The notes under the pieces are model-generated. The model saw only the letters and a list, made by a program, of their open reading frames with translations. It ran no database searches and was not told where the DNA came from. Positions 13,022 to 26,699 of a stretch of DNA of 64,000 nt are shown piece by piece (the stretch's first letter is position 1; each line of letters opens with the position of its first letter). Location of the stretch: the NCBI GenBank assembly GCA_015680685.1, contig MNCI01001077.1:571417-635416 (forward strand), in the 5' to 3' direction. A program made the position numbers and the translations under genes. The stretch comes from Gnetum montanum (Eukaryota; Plantae; Gnetophyta).

Positions 13022-13039
13022 GCCCTCCTTCTAGTGCCA
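13022..13039 (-). promoter_or_regulatory. Primer-binding site, tRNA-Asn type (A)
   Basis: Minus strand reads TGGCACTAGAAGGAGGGC just after the LTR end. It is complementary to the plant tRNA-Asn(GUU) 3' end ...CCCTCCTTCTAGCGCCA, with one CpG-type change. Confidence 0.85.
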
Positions 13040-13045
13040 GAAAAC

Positions 13046-14735
13046 TATAGTGACCGAAAAGGTCGGTGGCTAGAAAACACCGAGGGGTCGGTGGGCATGA
13101 TAGTTTTGACCCCATACCCACGGGAGGGCCATGTTGGGTGTGTGTGGACATGGGATGCCATAAATGGTCTAGTCAATTAGATAGGAACTTTAGCATCTAT
13201 ATAGCCTTTTGCAACATATATTTTTGAGATGGAATAGAAATGCAAGATAATTCTTGAAGATAAATAAAGTAGAAAGGAAATAGTATAAAATGCAACAATA
13301 ACACAAAGTAATACTTGAAAGTGAATAAAATAGAAAAAATAATGCCAAAAGGGACAAAAAGTAGGAAATAAGGTAAAATGTAGTTAGAGACATGCACGAT
13401 TATGAAGCTACAAGTTTCCTCTATCAGGGTGGATACAATTGGTTGCACAACGTGATAGAGTACAGAGATCTCGAGAGTAACGAGGACATGTCAAGTAGAA
13501 CAGGTTCTGTGCTTGAGCGCAGACTTAGGTATTTACAGTGCAGGGATTCTACCAAGGTGGTAGAAGAGGGGAGATAGGACAAAATGTTAGATCAAAATGC
13601 TAACTATTTGCAGTGTCAAATAGGAAACTTACAATGCGTGATGTTAAATTCTATTATAAAGAGCGAGCTCGAGTCTCTCAATGCTGTCTCCAGAAAACCT
13701 TTTGAAATTTTTGAATGCTACTTGCTCAAAATGATTTTGGGCCCTTTGAATGCTACTTGTTGGGGTATTTATAGGACTGAGGATATGCAAAAGGGACGAT
13801 TTGGATGCTATGTGCATGGGGCCTTCACTGACTTGCTGGCACCACTCGTGCCATGTATGACCGTTGGACCTATAAGACCATTGTAATACGAACCTATCAT
13901 GTAATAACTACGAGGCTGCCACACCATAATTACACCATCAACATCTAGATATGTGTACCAATGGTCTGATTAGGTGAAGTGCATTGATGTCGCAAAACCA
14001 CTTGCATGCCTAGCTACGCTTTGTAGTGTAGCATGCCTGGCGTAGCGTACCACCTTACCGCATGTTCTGCTATATGTTGCATGCTCGCTACACTATGCTA
14101 CGCTACACAGCATAGCAAGTAGCCTTAGTCGTGAAGTTTTTGCCAATTTACAAAATTTGTTTCCTACAATGAAAGTCTTGTGAACTCTGCTAATTCTGCC
14201 CTTCGAGCTACCTTCTAACTCTTCCGCAGGATTGCTATGCCTTGCTACGCTATGTAGTTTAGCGTAGCGTAGTAGCAGACATGGTCTGCTGTTCCTAATG
14301 GAAAGGGACATCGTTGTAGAACTTGAAATTGAGCGAGGGAAGTGGCAATGAAGTTGTCACCATGCTACACTACATGGCGTAGTGTAGCATAGCACTTTTT
14401 TCGGCCATCATCTTTTGAAGCTTTCTACGCTACATAGCAAGGTGTAGCGTAGCGTAGCAAACTTCGTGACATAGAAAACTTGCCAAACTATTTTTTGCAC
14501 ATCTAGAATGCTACTGCCAACTCCGTGCGCTATTTCTGAGTGGGCTGTCAGCTGGGCAGGCTACTTTAGTGGATAGGTAGGATGATGTAGATCCTGTCCA
14601 TGCCCAAAGCAGAAAATTTTCTGAATTGGCTGGCCTGAGCTTAGAACATTCTCTTCCTAAAGAACTGTCATGGCTCTACGCAAGTTGCAAGGCCTAGTGA
14701 AGCGAGAATGACCTTGCATCTTTTAGGGTGTTTCA
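13046..14735 (-). repeat. 5' LTR of element A (~1.69 kb)
   Basis: Starts TGAAACACCC and ends ...cactaTA (decayed CA) next to the PBS. TATAAATACCCC at ~13762-13773. Homologous to 59424-61027. Confidence 0.88.
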
Positions 14736-17385
14736 ATGGACTTCTACTAGGATGATCCCATTAGTCCTATGGTCCCACCCTTGATACTTTCACCTAGTGT
14801 TTCTATTCCCTAGTTTAGAAAGTATAACAAAGAAGGTGATCTCAATGCTCATCATATAACCTTTAGATCTAAGTGCTTGCTATTATAGCTATGAACTCAT
14901 ACTATCATAACGATTTATCCTATGTCCTTGACTAGAAAAGTGGTTGATTGGTATTGCATACGACCTAGAGGATCCATATCCTTTCTTGAGAACTTTATAA
15001 TCCAGTTTATTAACTGCTTCAAGTATAACTTGAAGCTAAACACTATGTTTGACCAACTCATGAAGGTCAAGTAGGGATCCCTTGAGCTTTTGCAGAAGTT
15101 CATTCAATAGTGGAATGGGCTGCTAAATGAAATACAAAAATCCATCACTAAGGTACACATTCTAGTCATATCAATGGGATGATAAATGAATTTATTAAGT
15201 TAAAACTTTACTATCTTGATCCATGGTTGCTCAACCAATGGTTTTCCTAAACCATGAACATAGAGGATGCTATGGAGGCTAGTCATAATTTGATCTATGT
15301 AGCATATAAAAATCAACATACATGGAGGAACAAGGAAAAGAGAAAATAAAAGAACATGGCCATAGCAATTATGACCAAAGAGGCTAAGCCCACTGACTAG
15401 GGATCAAGGATAAAGCCATGCAAGGCCATTATCAATAATGATTGTAATAAAAGATTATCAACCTTTGGGGCTACTACATCAACTACTACCAAGGTAAATT
15501 TTGAGCAGAAAAAATATAGTAACTACACAACCTTACCTATGAAACCATCCAAATTGTTAGATTAACTTCTAAAGAATGGGTGCATATAATACAAATAGAT
15601 GATCAAAGGCACTCAAAAGAAGCATCAACTTTTATTGAACATAGCCAAGGATCCCAATCAAGCAACAAAGGATGATCCACAACTACCTAGCTACTTCATA
15701 CCAGACAACTTTTTTCATTTTTACTAACTATCTAATCATGACACAGACTTCTACATCATGCTAAAGAATAACCTGTAAAGGATGAAAAATAGTAGGGAGT
15801 TATTCTTAGATGTTTCCAACCTAGTCTAACCATAAAATTAGTCGATGTAGGTCTACAAAGACCTATTGAATGCTAATGACAACCCTTACATTATTTCAAA
15901 ATTTAAACTAGATGATGATTAGAGACCCACAAGAGAACCATACATGATTTGGATACCCGCTTAAGACAAAGAGGCTTCATAAGCTCCCATTAGCTTAACA
16001 TCCCCTTTTGTCATAAGAGTACCATCATGAATGCCTCCAAGGAAATCTTTTGTCATTAGGGTGCCCCAACCTAACAAAACCCAACTAGCCATATCCTAAC
16101 CAACTACATGATAATCTCTTGTGATGGCTAATGCTACTACCTATTCCTCACAACCAATAGCTAACAACCACAAGACCTCAAGTAAGTAAAGTAAGAAGTA
16201 TAAGAAAAAGCATAGAAACATGGGTAATAAGTAGATAGAGGTAAGAAAGGAAGTGGATCCACTGAGGCCTACTCATATATCAGTAATACCCATGACCAAC
16301 TCTACCCAACATACTTCAACTAATAAGTTAAAGAAGAATCCAAAAGTCCATAACCAAAAGAATGATGAAAAGTCCCAGCAACCACAACCTAAAGCTAAAT
16401 TTCACATTTTTTGGTGCATGAAGGAAGTGAAGCACAACTGAGGCAACCAGTCAATGATCAATGGTAAATACATTTTTAATGTAATATATTAGGTTAGATG
16501 ATCCCTAAAAAAGAAGAATAAAAATTTGAGCTTATATGACCTAATCATGACATTTTCCACACATCATTAGGCATTAGTTAAAATGTTGACTTTCATCCCC
16601 ATTAGTGAGGACATTCCCACTAATGAGGTATATATCCATGTAGTGATGTTTCCTCCCTCATCAAGGAAGAAGAATTCAACATCCCTAGTATTTCAAGATA
16701 ATGAAATCAAGTTTAATTCCCAAAATGGTGAAGTAACTAGAACTCCTCTATTCATAACCATACATCTAGAGTTGGTTAAAGTGCATTGAGTGTATGTTGA
16801 TGATTGAGTTGTAGCTAATATCATCCCATGCATTATTATTAAATTCTTGGACCTAATTGAATAGATATAGCCTACATAAATGGCTTTTCTTAAGTCTTTT
16901 AATGAATCTAGAATGGTGGTCAAGGGCTTCATGTCCTTGGATTTTATGGTTTGGGGTAATTTTCCACAACCATTAATTTCTTGTTAGTGGAGGAGACACT
17001 AAGGTTCAACCTTATCCTAGGAAGACCATGGTTGGATTAATTACAAGTCATGTCCTCACCCATAGATCAAGAAATTCATCTTCCGTACAAGGGAGATGAA
17101 ATCACCATCCATGATGATAGTGTGATTCCCATGGATATCAACAATGTGAACATAGAGAAGGGATCTAAAGTGGAGCTTCAAGAAGAATCTCCTAGTAATG
17201 GAATCCATCAAACCAAGAGGGAATAGAAAGCCAATGATGAAAAAAATAGGCAATAGGATGTGTTATGAAATGAACTCCCTTTTAACATCATTAGTGAAGG
17301 TGATGGTGAATATAAGATTATGCAAAGTAGGCCTTACTCATTCCCTAATCTTTCACAGATTAGGAAGAATTTGCACAAGTGAAGT
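14736..17385 (+). pseudogene. gag: Element C gag-protease remnant
   Basis: Gag core at 14740-15250; protease PLFITIHL...VYVDD...RFNLILGRPWL at 16740-17040. Confidence 0.85.
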
Positions 17386-17649
17386 GCACATTAACTATTC
17401 CATGCCTTTATAACCCAATGCATCAATGGCCATGTAGCCTAACCTTTCTTTCTTAATTTGATATACCTTTTTATGTACTTTTTTTTACTCTTTATGAATG
17501 TAGCCTAACTTTCTATTTTCATTTGAATTTTTACTTTTTTATTATAGCCTTTATTTTTCTTTACTTTTACTCTTTTTATAAACATCAAAAGAATTTTAAA
17601 AATGTTAAAACATAAAATAGCCCAAAATATATAGGTTTCTCTTCAACAT

Positions 17650-17850
17650 GAGCCTCCTATGGCCTTCAACTAGCATCACTAGCTCGCTATGGTCTTAAAC
17701 TAACATCATAATCTACTAAGACTTTAAGCTAGCAACATAGCTCACCATGGCTTGAAACTAGCAAAGTAACCACAATGTAACATGACCTAGCATGGCCTTA
17801 AATTGGCAAAAAAATATAACCTATGCTTACCATGGCCTTAAACTAGCAAA
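17650..17850. repeat. Tandem ATGGCCTTAAACTAGC-type repeats (~30 bp period)
   Basis: About 6-7 degenerate copies; reverse complement of the GCTAGTTT(T)AAGG motif of A and B. Confidence 0.7.
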
Positions 17851-18119
17851 CGTCTCTTTTATTATTTTGTCTAGTCTATTATTTCATCAATTAGATATTT
17901 AATTTTATAACCAAAATCATCAACATAGCCATTCACAATGATTACTAGAATAATATATATATATATCCAAAAATAAATTCAAAATTTTAAATTTGAATTT
18001 AAAGTATCCATAACATACATAGCCATGACCACACTATGTGGCAAAAGTGTCAAAAATAATAACAACCATTTATAACATAGTCTTAGCTTATAGTAAAATA
18101 AAAATATATAGACAACATG

Positions 18120-21100
18120 CTAGACTAGGCTGATCAAGGTTTCTACGAGGAATTTAGAGGAGGAAGTGGTGGGTCATTCTCACTGTCATCACTAGGGCTA
18201 CCAATATCTCTTGATGCTTGAAATACGATAACCCCTAGTTAGTAAGTAACCAATAGCCAAAACCATAACTTAAAACTAAAACTAAAACATAAAATGCATT
18301 AAACCTGTGGAGATTCTAGCTTCATAACCTTTTGAGGTAGATGTGGAAGTCCTTATTCCAAATGATGAAGGATTTGGTCCTCCATCATGTTAACCCAGTC
18401 AACATTCCTAAGATCAACATTGCGAAGGAAGCCAATCTTGTCTACCATAGTCCAAGTAGATGGCTCTTGGGTAATAGCAGCTATAGAGGTCTCACCTAGA
18501 GTAGTGATTATCTAAGGAATAGGAAATTATTTCACCATAATAGGACTCTCAAAAAGAAGATAAGCACTCTTCACCTAGATCCCCTAGATGAAAAACTATC
18601 TCTTGCATCATTTAACTAACTCTTCCTTGAGCCACTTGAGGTAGGCTCCATGATCTACTTTGTACTACTGTTTGTGGGAATTTTGTTTCTTACCCCACTC
18701 TATAACCCAAGCATAGTGATCTTTCCAATCCTTGACATTATAGAAGATGATGTTCATCTACATCTACTATTCTACCATCTCTTATGATAGTGCTACTTTG
18801 TCCTAAATGACATGCTAGAATAGGCCCATGTGATCTCTTCAGTCTGAAATTTCCTTGAGTTAGCCACTTGGGTTTCCACAAAGGCTTTATAGTCTTGGAG
18901 ATCTCTAATCACCTCCTCATACCATTGAGTTTTATCCCTTGAAGCCAAAACATGTTCCCATAGAAATTTTTTGGACCAGTTCATCTCCCATGATGTTTAT
19001 GAACACAACATCACTAAATCACCAACATTCTCATATAACATTAAGGATACACTAGATACATTAGAGGGAAGCCTTGTCAAGGAGTTAATCTCCATGTCTC
19101 TGCTAGGGTCCCACTCTACAGAAGGAACTACATAATCAAAAATATAATCATAAACATGGTGGAACCATAACATAAACATAGCCTGTAACATAGCCAAATG
19201 ACTAAGCCATATAAAGTAAAGTTCTTACGTATCTTAGGTGCAACTTGATGCAACCATTCCATGATGTCCTCAGCCATCCAATGGATGAACTCCACCTTGT
19301 TCATGATCTCTACCCATTTTTTTCACAAACCTTAGGGATAGAATCCTAAATCTATGGCTTAGGAACTACGATAAGCATAATAATCAATGAATGGTTAGGA
19401 TGAAAATCAAAATTAGACAATAGGATATAACAAAAGTGTTAAGGCATGGGCATATAAGGCCCCTCCTCTTTTTCTTCTAGAATGATGATGGTAGACATAC
19501 CATGCATCACCTCCATGAAAAAAGCATCTAGATCATTTATGTATACCTTAGGTTGTTGTAGGAGTGCATCTTCTACATGCCTTTCTTCCTTCTCTATGGT
19601 AACTTGGGCTACTAGGACTTGATGCTTATCTACAATCATAGAACATAGAAAACTAATTAGCATATGAAACCATAATATAACCATAACTCTCAAAATAAAA
19701 TAAAATAGCCAAAACTTAAATAAATCATATCGATGATTACCTATTGTGATGGCTTAATCTAAAACTTAAGCTTCTTCATAGCCAGTTGGTATAATGCTAG
19801 TATTTCCTCTTCCATGGACCTCTTGAGTTTCTTCCCAATTGTCCCTTTAGCCTTCCTATATATTTTTTTTTTGGCCTCTAGGACACTCATTGGAAACATA
19901 AGAGGCTTCTCATCATCCATGCTATCATGGAACTCACATGACCTACAATCAAGATCCTTGATGGAAATGGATAGTGTATCATCCATCCCCTCTGGTAGGT
20001 TCTAGGTTTACACCATTGGATAAATGTGCTTTATCCAAGTCCTAGAAAGTTGGCTTGGGTCTTGGGAAATCCATCGTCCATTCCTCTACACCACTAGAAA
20101 CTCCACAAACCTCTTCAAGTAACTTATGTAAAATGTAAAATGCATGTGGATTATGGTAGAGGTTTCCTTTTACAATCTAATGATCTCATCCTAAATCCCA
20201 TTAGCCAAAGTAGCCACCTAGTTGAACCTAGTGCTATCTATCAAGACCTTCATAAAGGTCCAACCCTGCATGATGTTGATCATCTTCTTTTGTGATAATA
20301 GTTTGGGAAATGCATGAGACCTGAACAAAGGATATGATTCCTTTGAATTAAGGTTTGTGGAGCTATCCATTAAAATTCTAGAATGGCCCATGTTGGTACC
20401 AATCCATTCCAAAACTTCCTCACGATCATGCCATTCCTTCACTATTTTGGCGGAAACCTTTGTCTTGTTAGAAAGGACACCAAAAAGATTACAAAAGAGG
20501 TCCTTATTAATGTCCATATTCATCATCATGCCTCAAATGATAAAATAATCAACCCTTTCATTGAATTATTCGATGATGTAAATAATCTCTATAGTGGGGA
20601 TGGAAGGGATAGGTGTCATAAATAGATCAAGAAAACGCACATGCTGAATGTTTGCTTGAATGTACCTAGTCACCTGTCCCCTTCGCCATTTCTATGTTGG
20701 TATCACTTTAGAAAAATCAGGATAAGTGTATTCTCATGACAACCTACAAGTGACAAGCTAACATTAGTAGAGATGGAGGGTCCTATGAGCCAACAAATCA
20801 TGTTTAACATCAACATAAGCAAGTTTAATAGAACACTTAGAATTTTCATAACCATAAAACCTTAGAAGCTACAGCTTGTATGTTTACCTTTCTTCTTCTT
20901 CTTTTATGTGGTTTGAGCCAAGGTATTAGCTACCAAGGTCTAATCCAAGAATCTCTTAGACCCCATTGACAAATTATGTATCATCCTCTCATCCACACAC
21001 TTCTTATAAACAAGGTTGAATCTACTAGTGTATGCATCAAAGTCTCCTCTTAACTATTCATACACAATAGTTTTGATCTGGGGCCCCTTTGTAAATAAAT

Positions 21101-21750
21101 CTAAGGTGGTTTGATCCATTGCCAAGGTTTGATCACTAATGATCAAGCCTTGATCATTAACCCTTTACCTACAAGAAGTTCACAAAACCAATGAAGTTAG
21201 AAAAAGTAGTTTAGCTAGTAAATCCAAAAAACATAAAAATACTACAATAAACATGATTAGCCTTGTAGATAGTACACAATTTTGGGTAGGTTCCAGAACA
21301 ATGTGTGGGATTTATGCACCAACATCAGAGTATTTCTAGCATTATACTAACTATACTCTAGCATGGTCCAAATCTCTATAAGGTAATCTGGGCTAGTTGT
21401 ATCTGCTATTTTCCTTGTTGTCTAAAGAGGTAGATTTTTAATAATAAATTTGGAAATTAAGCCAGATGCTTGAGGTAGTAGTGTCTCCACTATAGCCCAT
21501 GCCACATCCATGAATAAGTGTGGCCATAGCATCACACTAAAATTTTATATGATGCAGGTAAGGAATTCCCTTACCCTAGTCTCGAACCATAGTGATACCT
21601 TCCCCAAAGGTATGTTAACGAGTGGGGTGTTGGCCTTGGGACGACTAATATAGCATAAGATGCCCACTAAATTCAAAATGATGAATATGGGCTTTAGGAA
21701 GATCCTAAATGGCTAGGGAAATAACATTATGATCAATTAGAATTTCTTAC
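18120..21750 (-). pseudogene. Antisense multi-exon accessory gene of element C (homolog of 3514-7737)
   Basis: Minus-strand translation: KPIFIILNLVGILCYISRP...LWFETRVREFL...FSVMLW...NTLML, then MDINKDLFCNLFGV...YPLFRSHAFPKLLSQ...RFNxVATLANGIxDEI. ttgtag acceptors at ~21170 and ~20745 lie at or near the intron positions of A and B. Confidence 0.78.
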
Positions 21751-22899
21751 CAAGTTTGGAAAAACATCCTTGTTGGGGGTGAAATTAGCCCCTGTAAAAA
21801 GATCTAAGGTGTTATTCAAGTTTTCTTAAGATATTTTAGCAAAAGCATTATTATAACCTTTCATACCCTTTTATTTCATGACCAGAATATTCTATGCAAA
21901 AAATTTATAACAAAAATTAGTCCTTAGTCTAAACCATGCATAAACTTAGAAAAAGCATTAAAAGTTACAAAAAAATAGCCATAGTAAAAAGCTTGCTAAG
22001 AATAGTAAAAGCCTTTATAAATTTAAAAAATAAGTTTCACACGTTTTAGAATCTCCAAGGGCATGATATTTGACATGAAAAATGTCTGCACATGTTAATC
22101 ACATCCAACCCCAAAGGTGTAAGGTACTATTATTTAACTTTATTCACATAGTTTAGTCAAGAAAATCATTAAAAATTCATATAAGCTTAAATTTTAGTGA
22201 TTCCACAATGGAACGAATTCTAAATTAGAATTTTTTCAGCCATGAATATTACAACTAGAGATACATAACCATTTTTTACATGAAACATAGACATATCTAA
22301 CAAAAAATCGTAATCATCACCATTAACCCCTTTTCACATAGGGTTAGTAAAAAATTGATAAGAAATTGATGAGGTCCAGATGGAATGATTCCACCATCAT
22401 TTGAAAGTATGAATCAATCCTTAAATATCAATTCTTGATGAAAATTCAATAATCTTGCCATGTATTCAAGAAAAAATTCACCAATTTGGACAAAAACTTA
22501 AACATGACACAAACCTCCTTTTGACATAGGCTTAATAAAAACTTCATTAAAAATTTATTTCAAGTCCAATGATAGTGATTCCACCTCCATTGGAAAGATT
22601 AATCCAAGGCTGACCCAGACATAACCAAAAAATAGCCAAAAAATTCTTTAATTTACATGAAAATCTAAAAATGAGATAAAAAACCTAACTACATAACCTT
22701 AGGAAAATAGTCATAACCTAGTCATTTCAAAGGAAAATTGAACGAGAAAATATTCATTGGAAATTGTTTTTGCAAAAATGAAAATTGTAATTGAAACATA
22801 CAAAATTTGCAATAAAAACTCCACCAAAACCTAAATGCTCACCTCTAAACCCTAGTTGTCATTTTAATGCACCATAACTCAAAGTGAATTGATGTTCAA

Positions 22900-25800
22900 A
22901 GGGGTAAAAGTCTCTTCCATGCTAAGATTGTTAGGAGTTAGGTTAAAAATTCAAAATTTTAAAACTTTAAGTAGTGGCTCCCAGCATATATTTTCACTTT
23001 TCACCTAAAAACTACATCAACACTAAGTTTTAGCCACTTCTAAAACTTAGAACAATAATTGAACCCTAACTCCAATGCATCCACACTAGGGATGCCTTTC
23101 CTAGTATAGGCACATGCCTCCCACTACCTAAAAACATTAAAAAATATCTATTTTTTCCATTTTTAGTAACAAAAACCTATCTTTTTAACCCTAAGAGTCT
23201 AAAAGGGATAGGAAATAGACAAAAATAGATAACACAAGCTTCCACATTGATGAAATAGTATGCAGTGCAGTAGAAGGAGGGTAATGTCCATTCTTATCCC
23301 CAAATAACCATCTAGCCCATGTTTGACCCCCAACGTAGGTCCACATGACCTAGAACCACTTCAAGCATCCCCAACAGCCTAAAAACCTCACCAAACCTAG
23401 TCAAAACCTGTTAAAACCTTAGGATTTGGTGGTTTCATGATGGGGGAGCCTTCATCCATGTTAAGCATCTCATCTTTAGTGTGAATGGATGGGAGGAAGC
23501 TAGACAACGACCTAAATTGACTACCTAGTAGCCATTTCTCGATTCTTGGCAATCCTTAGACCCTACCAAAAACCTCTAGAACTTTCAAAGACCTCAAAAG
23601 TAGTCAAAAATGGTACAAAACTACCATCCCCATCTCATCCGCACTAAGTCTATCATGACTAGTGTGGAAGGAATGGGGGAGATTTTATGAGGCACCTACG
23701 TCCCTCCAAACTAGTGAATCTAGACACCAAGCATTGACCATTGACACTAGTAAACCTAGAGGCTAACATGCATGGTCAATTAGGTGTCAAACTCACATAG
23801 ATCTAACTTTATTGTTTCTTCCATATTGGGGGAGACACCTTCCATGCTACCTATCATGAAAGCTATGTGAATGGATCTAGGAAGATCTATGGGGGATTCT
23901 AGATGAAAGAAAATAATGAAAAAATATCTACTACAAACACTAGAACCTTAATAGCCTTCCTAGAAGCCGCTAAAATGCTAAAAATTGAAAAACCATCAAC
24001 CTCGTAAGGTTCTTCCATGCTAAAGGAGACCTCCTCCATGCTAAGAATTCTAGTCTTAGTGTGGACAGGAGGGGAAAAGTTAAAAATATTCAAGTTTGCA
24101 TGCAACTTGAATTCTAGAAGAAACCCAAACCTTCCAGAAGCCATTTAAAAAGATCCAAACTCATCCTCACTTGGCTTTTACACATTTAGGAGAATCCCAT
24201 CCATGTTGAGCATCTTATCCCTAGCATGGATGAAAAAGGAAAATCATAAAAACCCTCTCATAGTAGTTAAAATGGCTAGATTTCTATGCTAGGAATTGAT
24301 AATCAACTTTGCCAATCCTTTGGATACACATGAATAGCCAAAGTTGGTAGAAATCAGGAAAATTAGAGTCCCTTGATCCCTCCATGCTAGGAGCACCTCT
24401 TCGATGTCATCTAGCATTAAAGAAATGAAAAAAATTTGGGAGACTCCAAAATAGCCTTTAAAAACCTTAAATGAATGCCAAAAATCCCTATGTGTGTCCT
24501 AGAACTTTGTTTGCACATTCTTAGACCCTTGGACCTACCAATATTAACCTTTTCCCACCTAATCTTCCATGCTAAGCATGGAAAACCCTAAGGTAGAAGA
24601 AGTGGGAAAACATAAAAAAACCACTTAACAATCCTTGAAATGACTAGGGTTTGACACTAGGCATCAACAACTCATACTAGTGATCTTAAAGACTCTAATG
24701 CATAGCCAAAACTAGTGAAAATTACTAAAAAGTATAGTTCCCTAGTTCCTCCATACTGAGATCCCTCTCTTCCATGATGGCTAGCATGTGAGAAAATGCA
24801 AAAAATTTAGTGGAAATTCAAAATGGCCTTTAAATAGCTCAAGAAAATAACCTATAGCCTTACATGATCCCTAAGGCCACTTTCACACCTTCTAAGAGCC
24901 TCAAACCATACAAAACTAACCACAAATAGCTAGAAAGATATTTTTCCCAATTTTTCACACTAAGCATATCATCCCCAACATGGAAGAAAAGAGGAAAGCT
25001 CAAGAAACCATCTAGGAGACCTCAAAAATGACTAGTTTTAACACTAAACCCTAGTCCTTAACCCAAAAAATCTTAGGAACATACATGCATGGTTGATTGA
25101 GGCAAAAAGTGGTCTAGATTTAAGATTTGTGATTCTTCAATGTTGTCCAATGTGGAGATTGAAGGGGGCAGCTCATTTGGGACACATTAGAATGACACAA
25201 AATGACATTTCATGCATTGTAGAACCCTATATTCACCCTCTATAGTATTCATACCTTAGAAAATTGATCCTAAATGATCAAAATGCTATTGCCCCTATTC
25301 TTCCCTACTGAGCACCCCATCTCCAATGTGGAAAAAATGGGAAAAGTTAAAAAACACTTAGGATGACTTAAAACTATCAAATTTTGACCTAAAAAAATAG
25401 TAACTTTGGGACATGACTTGGATAGATGATTGCAACTCAAATTGGCCTAGGTTGTGGATTTTTTCTCCATCCATTCTAAGTAGTGTTGAAATAAGGGGAA
25501 AGCTACTTTTCAATTTTTTGTGCATAGATGACACTCTCAAAAGCTAAAGATCTGCATTGGAGAATCCTATGACCATATGCTATAGATCCATGTTGGATTA
25601 ACTTCCCAATTGTGAAAATAAGAAAGTAAGATATTAAGTTCCTTGAATGACCTCCAAAAGTAACCAAAATTAGCTAGAAACTTGCAAAATCATGATCTAT
25701 AGTCCTAGGAGCATAGGAACCTATGCAACATCTTCTCAAAACATCTTGAATCCATAGAATAAGTGTTGCCGCCNNNNNNNNNNNNNNNNNNNNNNNNNNN

Positions 25801-26300
25801 NNNNNNNNNNNNNNNNNNNNNNNNNNNNNNNNNNNNNNNNNNNNNNNNNNNATTGTGCTTAGTATGGAAGAAAATGGAGAAGTCATTTCAACATGTTCTA
25901 ACACCAAACATTAACTCAAATTACCTCAAAATGAAGCTATAGGATTCATAAGTCCTACATCTAGGCTCAAACCATGAATTTGACTTTTTTTTATCATATT
26001 TGGATCAATATTTTTATTCTCCACACAAAACCCCTCTCTTGCATGCTAGCCAACATGAAAATAAGGGGAAAATGTTGCAAAACCTACTTTTTGACATTTA
26101 TAGGTCTCTAGAGCACTTATTTTTGATAGATCTTACTCTACACTATCTTTGGAAGGCACAAGGACATCAATTTTATTCCTCTAGATTTTTTAAAATCTAC
26201 TTCCCTAGTTTCTATACTAAGGGTGCCTTCTTCCATGCTAGCTAACATGGAAACATGGGAGGCCCAGCTTGGAAGCTTCAAAATTCTTAATTTTCATGTC
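22900..26300. repeat. Degenerate long-period repeat region rich in TCCATGCTA motifs
   Basis: For example 24330-24480 resembles 24698-24845 (period ~370 bp). Many ccatgcta/tagcatgg motifs. Confidence 0.6.
25774..25851. other. Assembly gap (78 N)
   Basis: Run of N. Confidence 1.
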
Positions 26301-26699
26301 CAAATAGACCAAAAAGAGCCTTGAATGATGTACAAACTCATGTAATGGCCTTGTATTCCTAAATAATAGCCTACTAAGGTTTAAAATTTCTGAAACCTAA
26401 TCCTATTTGACCTATAATTAGCCAAATTTCATCATATGTAGCCTATTTTGCTTAATTCTTTATCTTATTAAATGATGCTTTAACTTGTTTTTGGCCTAGT
26501 CTTGCATTGTCAACCATGTTAACCATTTTTAGCCTTATAATTTACTTTGTTTGACCATGGTTTGAAATTTATATATTCTTTATTACAATTTGTTTTCTTA
26601 CCCTACTTATAGCCTTAGATGAGCTTGTTTGCATTAGGATAGCATGTATTTGTGTAATTTTATAGCATTTTAACATTATTTATCCACTTTCACCCAGAT

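Larger units (their letters stand above)
418..14735 (-). mobile_element. Element A: Tat-type Ty3/gypsy LTR retrotransposon, 3' part not in window, inserted in the gag of element C
   Basis: Minus-strand order: LTR (TGAAACACCC at 14735), PBS, gag, PR, 5.6-kb spacer, RT (YVDD), RH, aRH. Collinear with element B. Confidence 0.93.

Noticed and set aside
13022-13039. tRNA gene
   Set aside because: Only the 18-nt 3'-end match (PBS); there is no cloverleaf.
13190-13448. Hydrophobic membrane-like ORFs (also 42155-42430, 50513-50752)
   Set aside because: Translations of T-rich LTR, UTR or intron sequence; no env-like conservation between copies.
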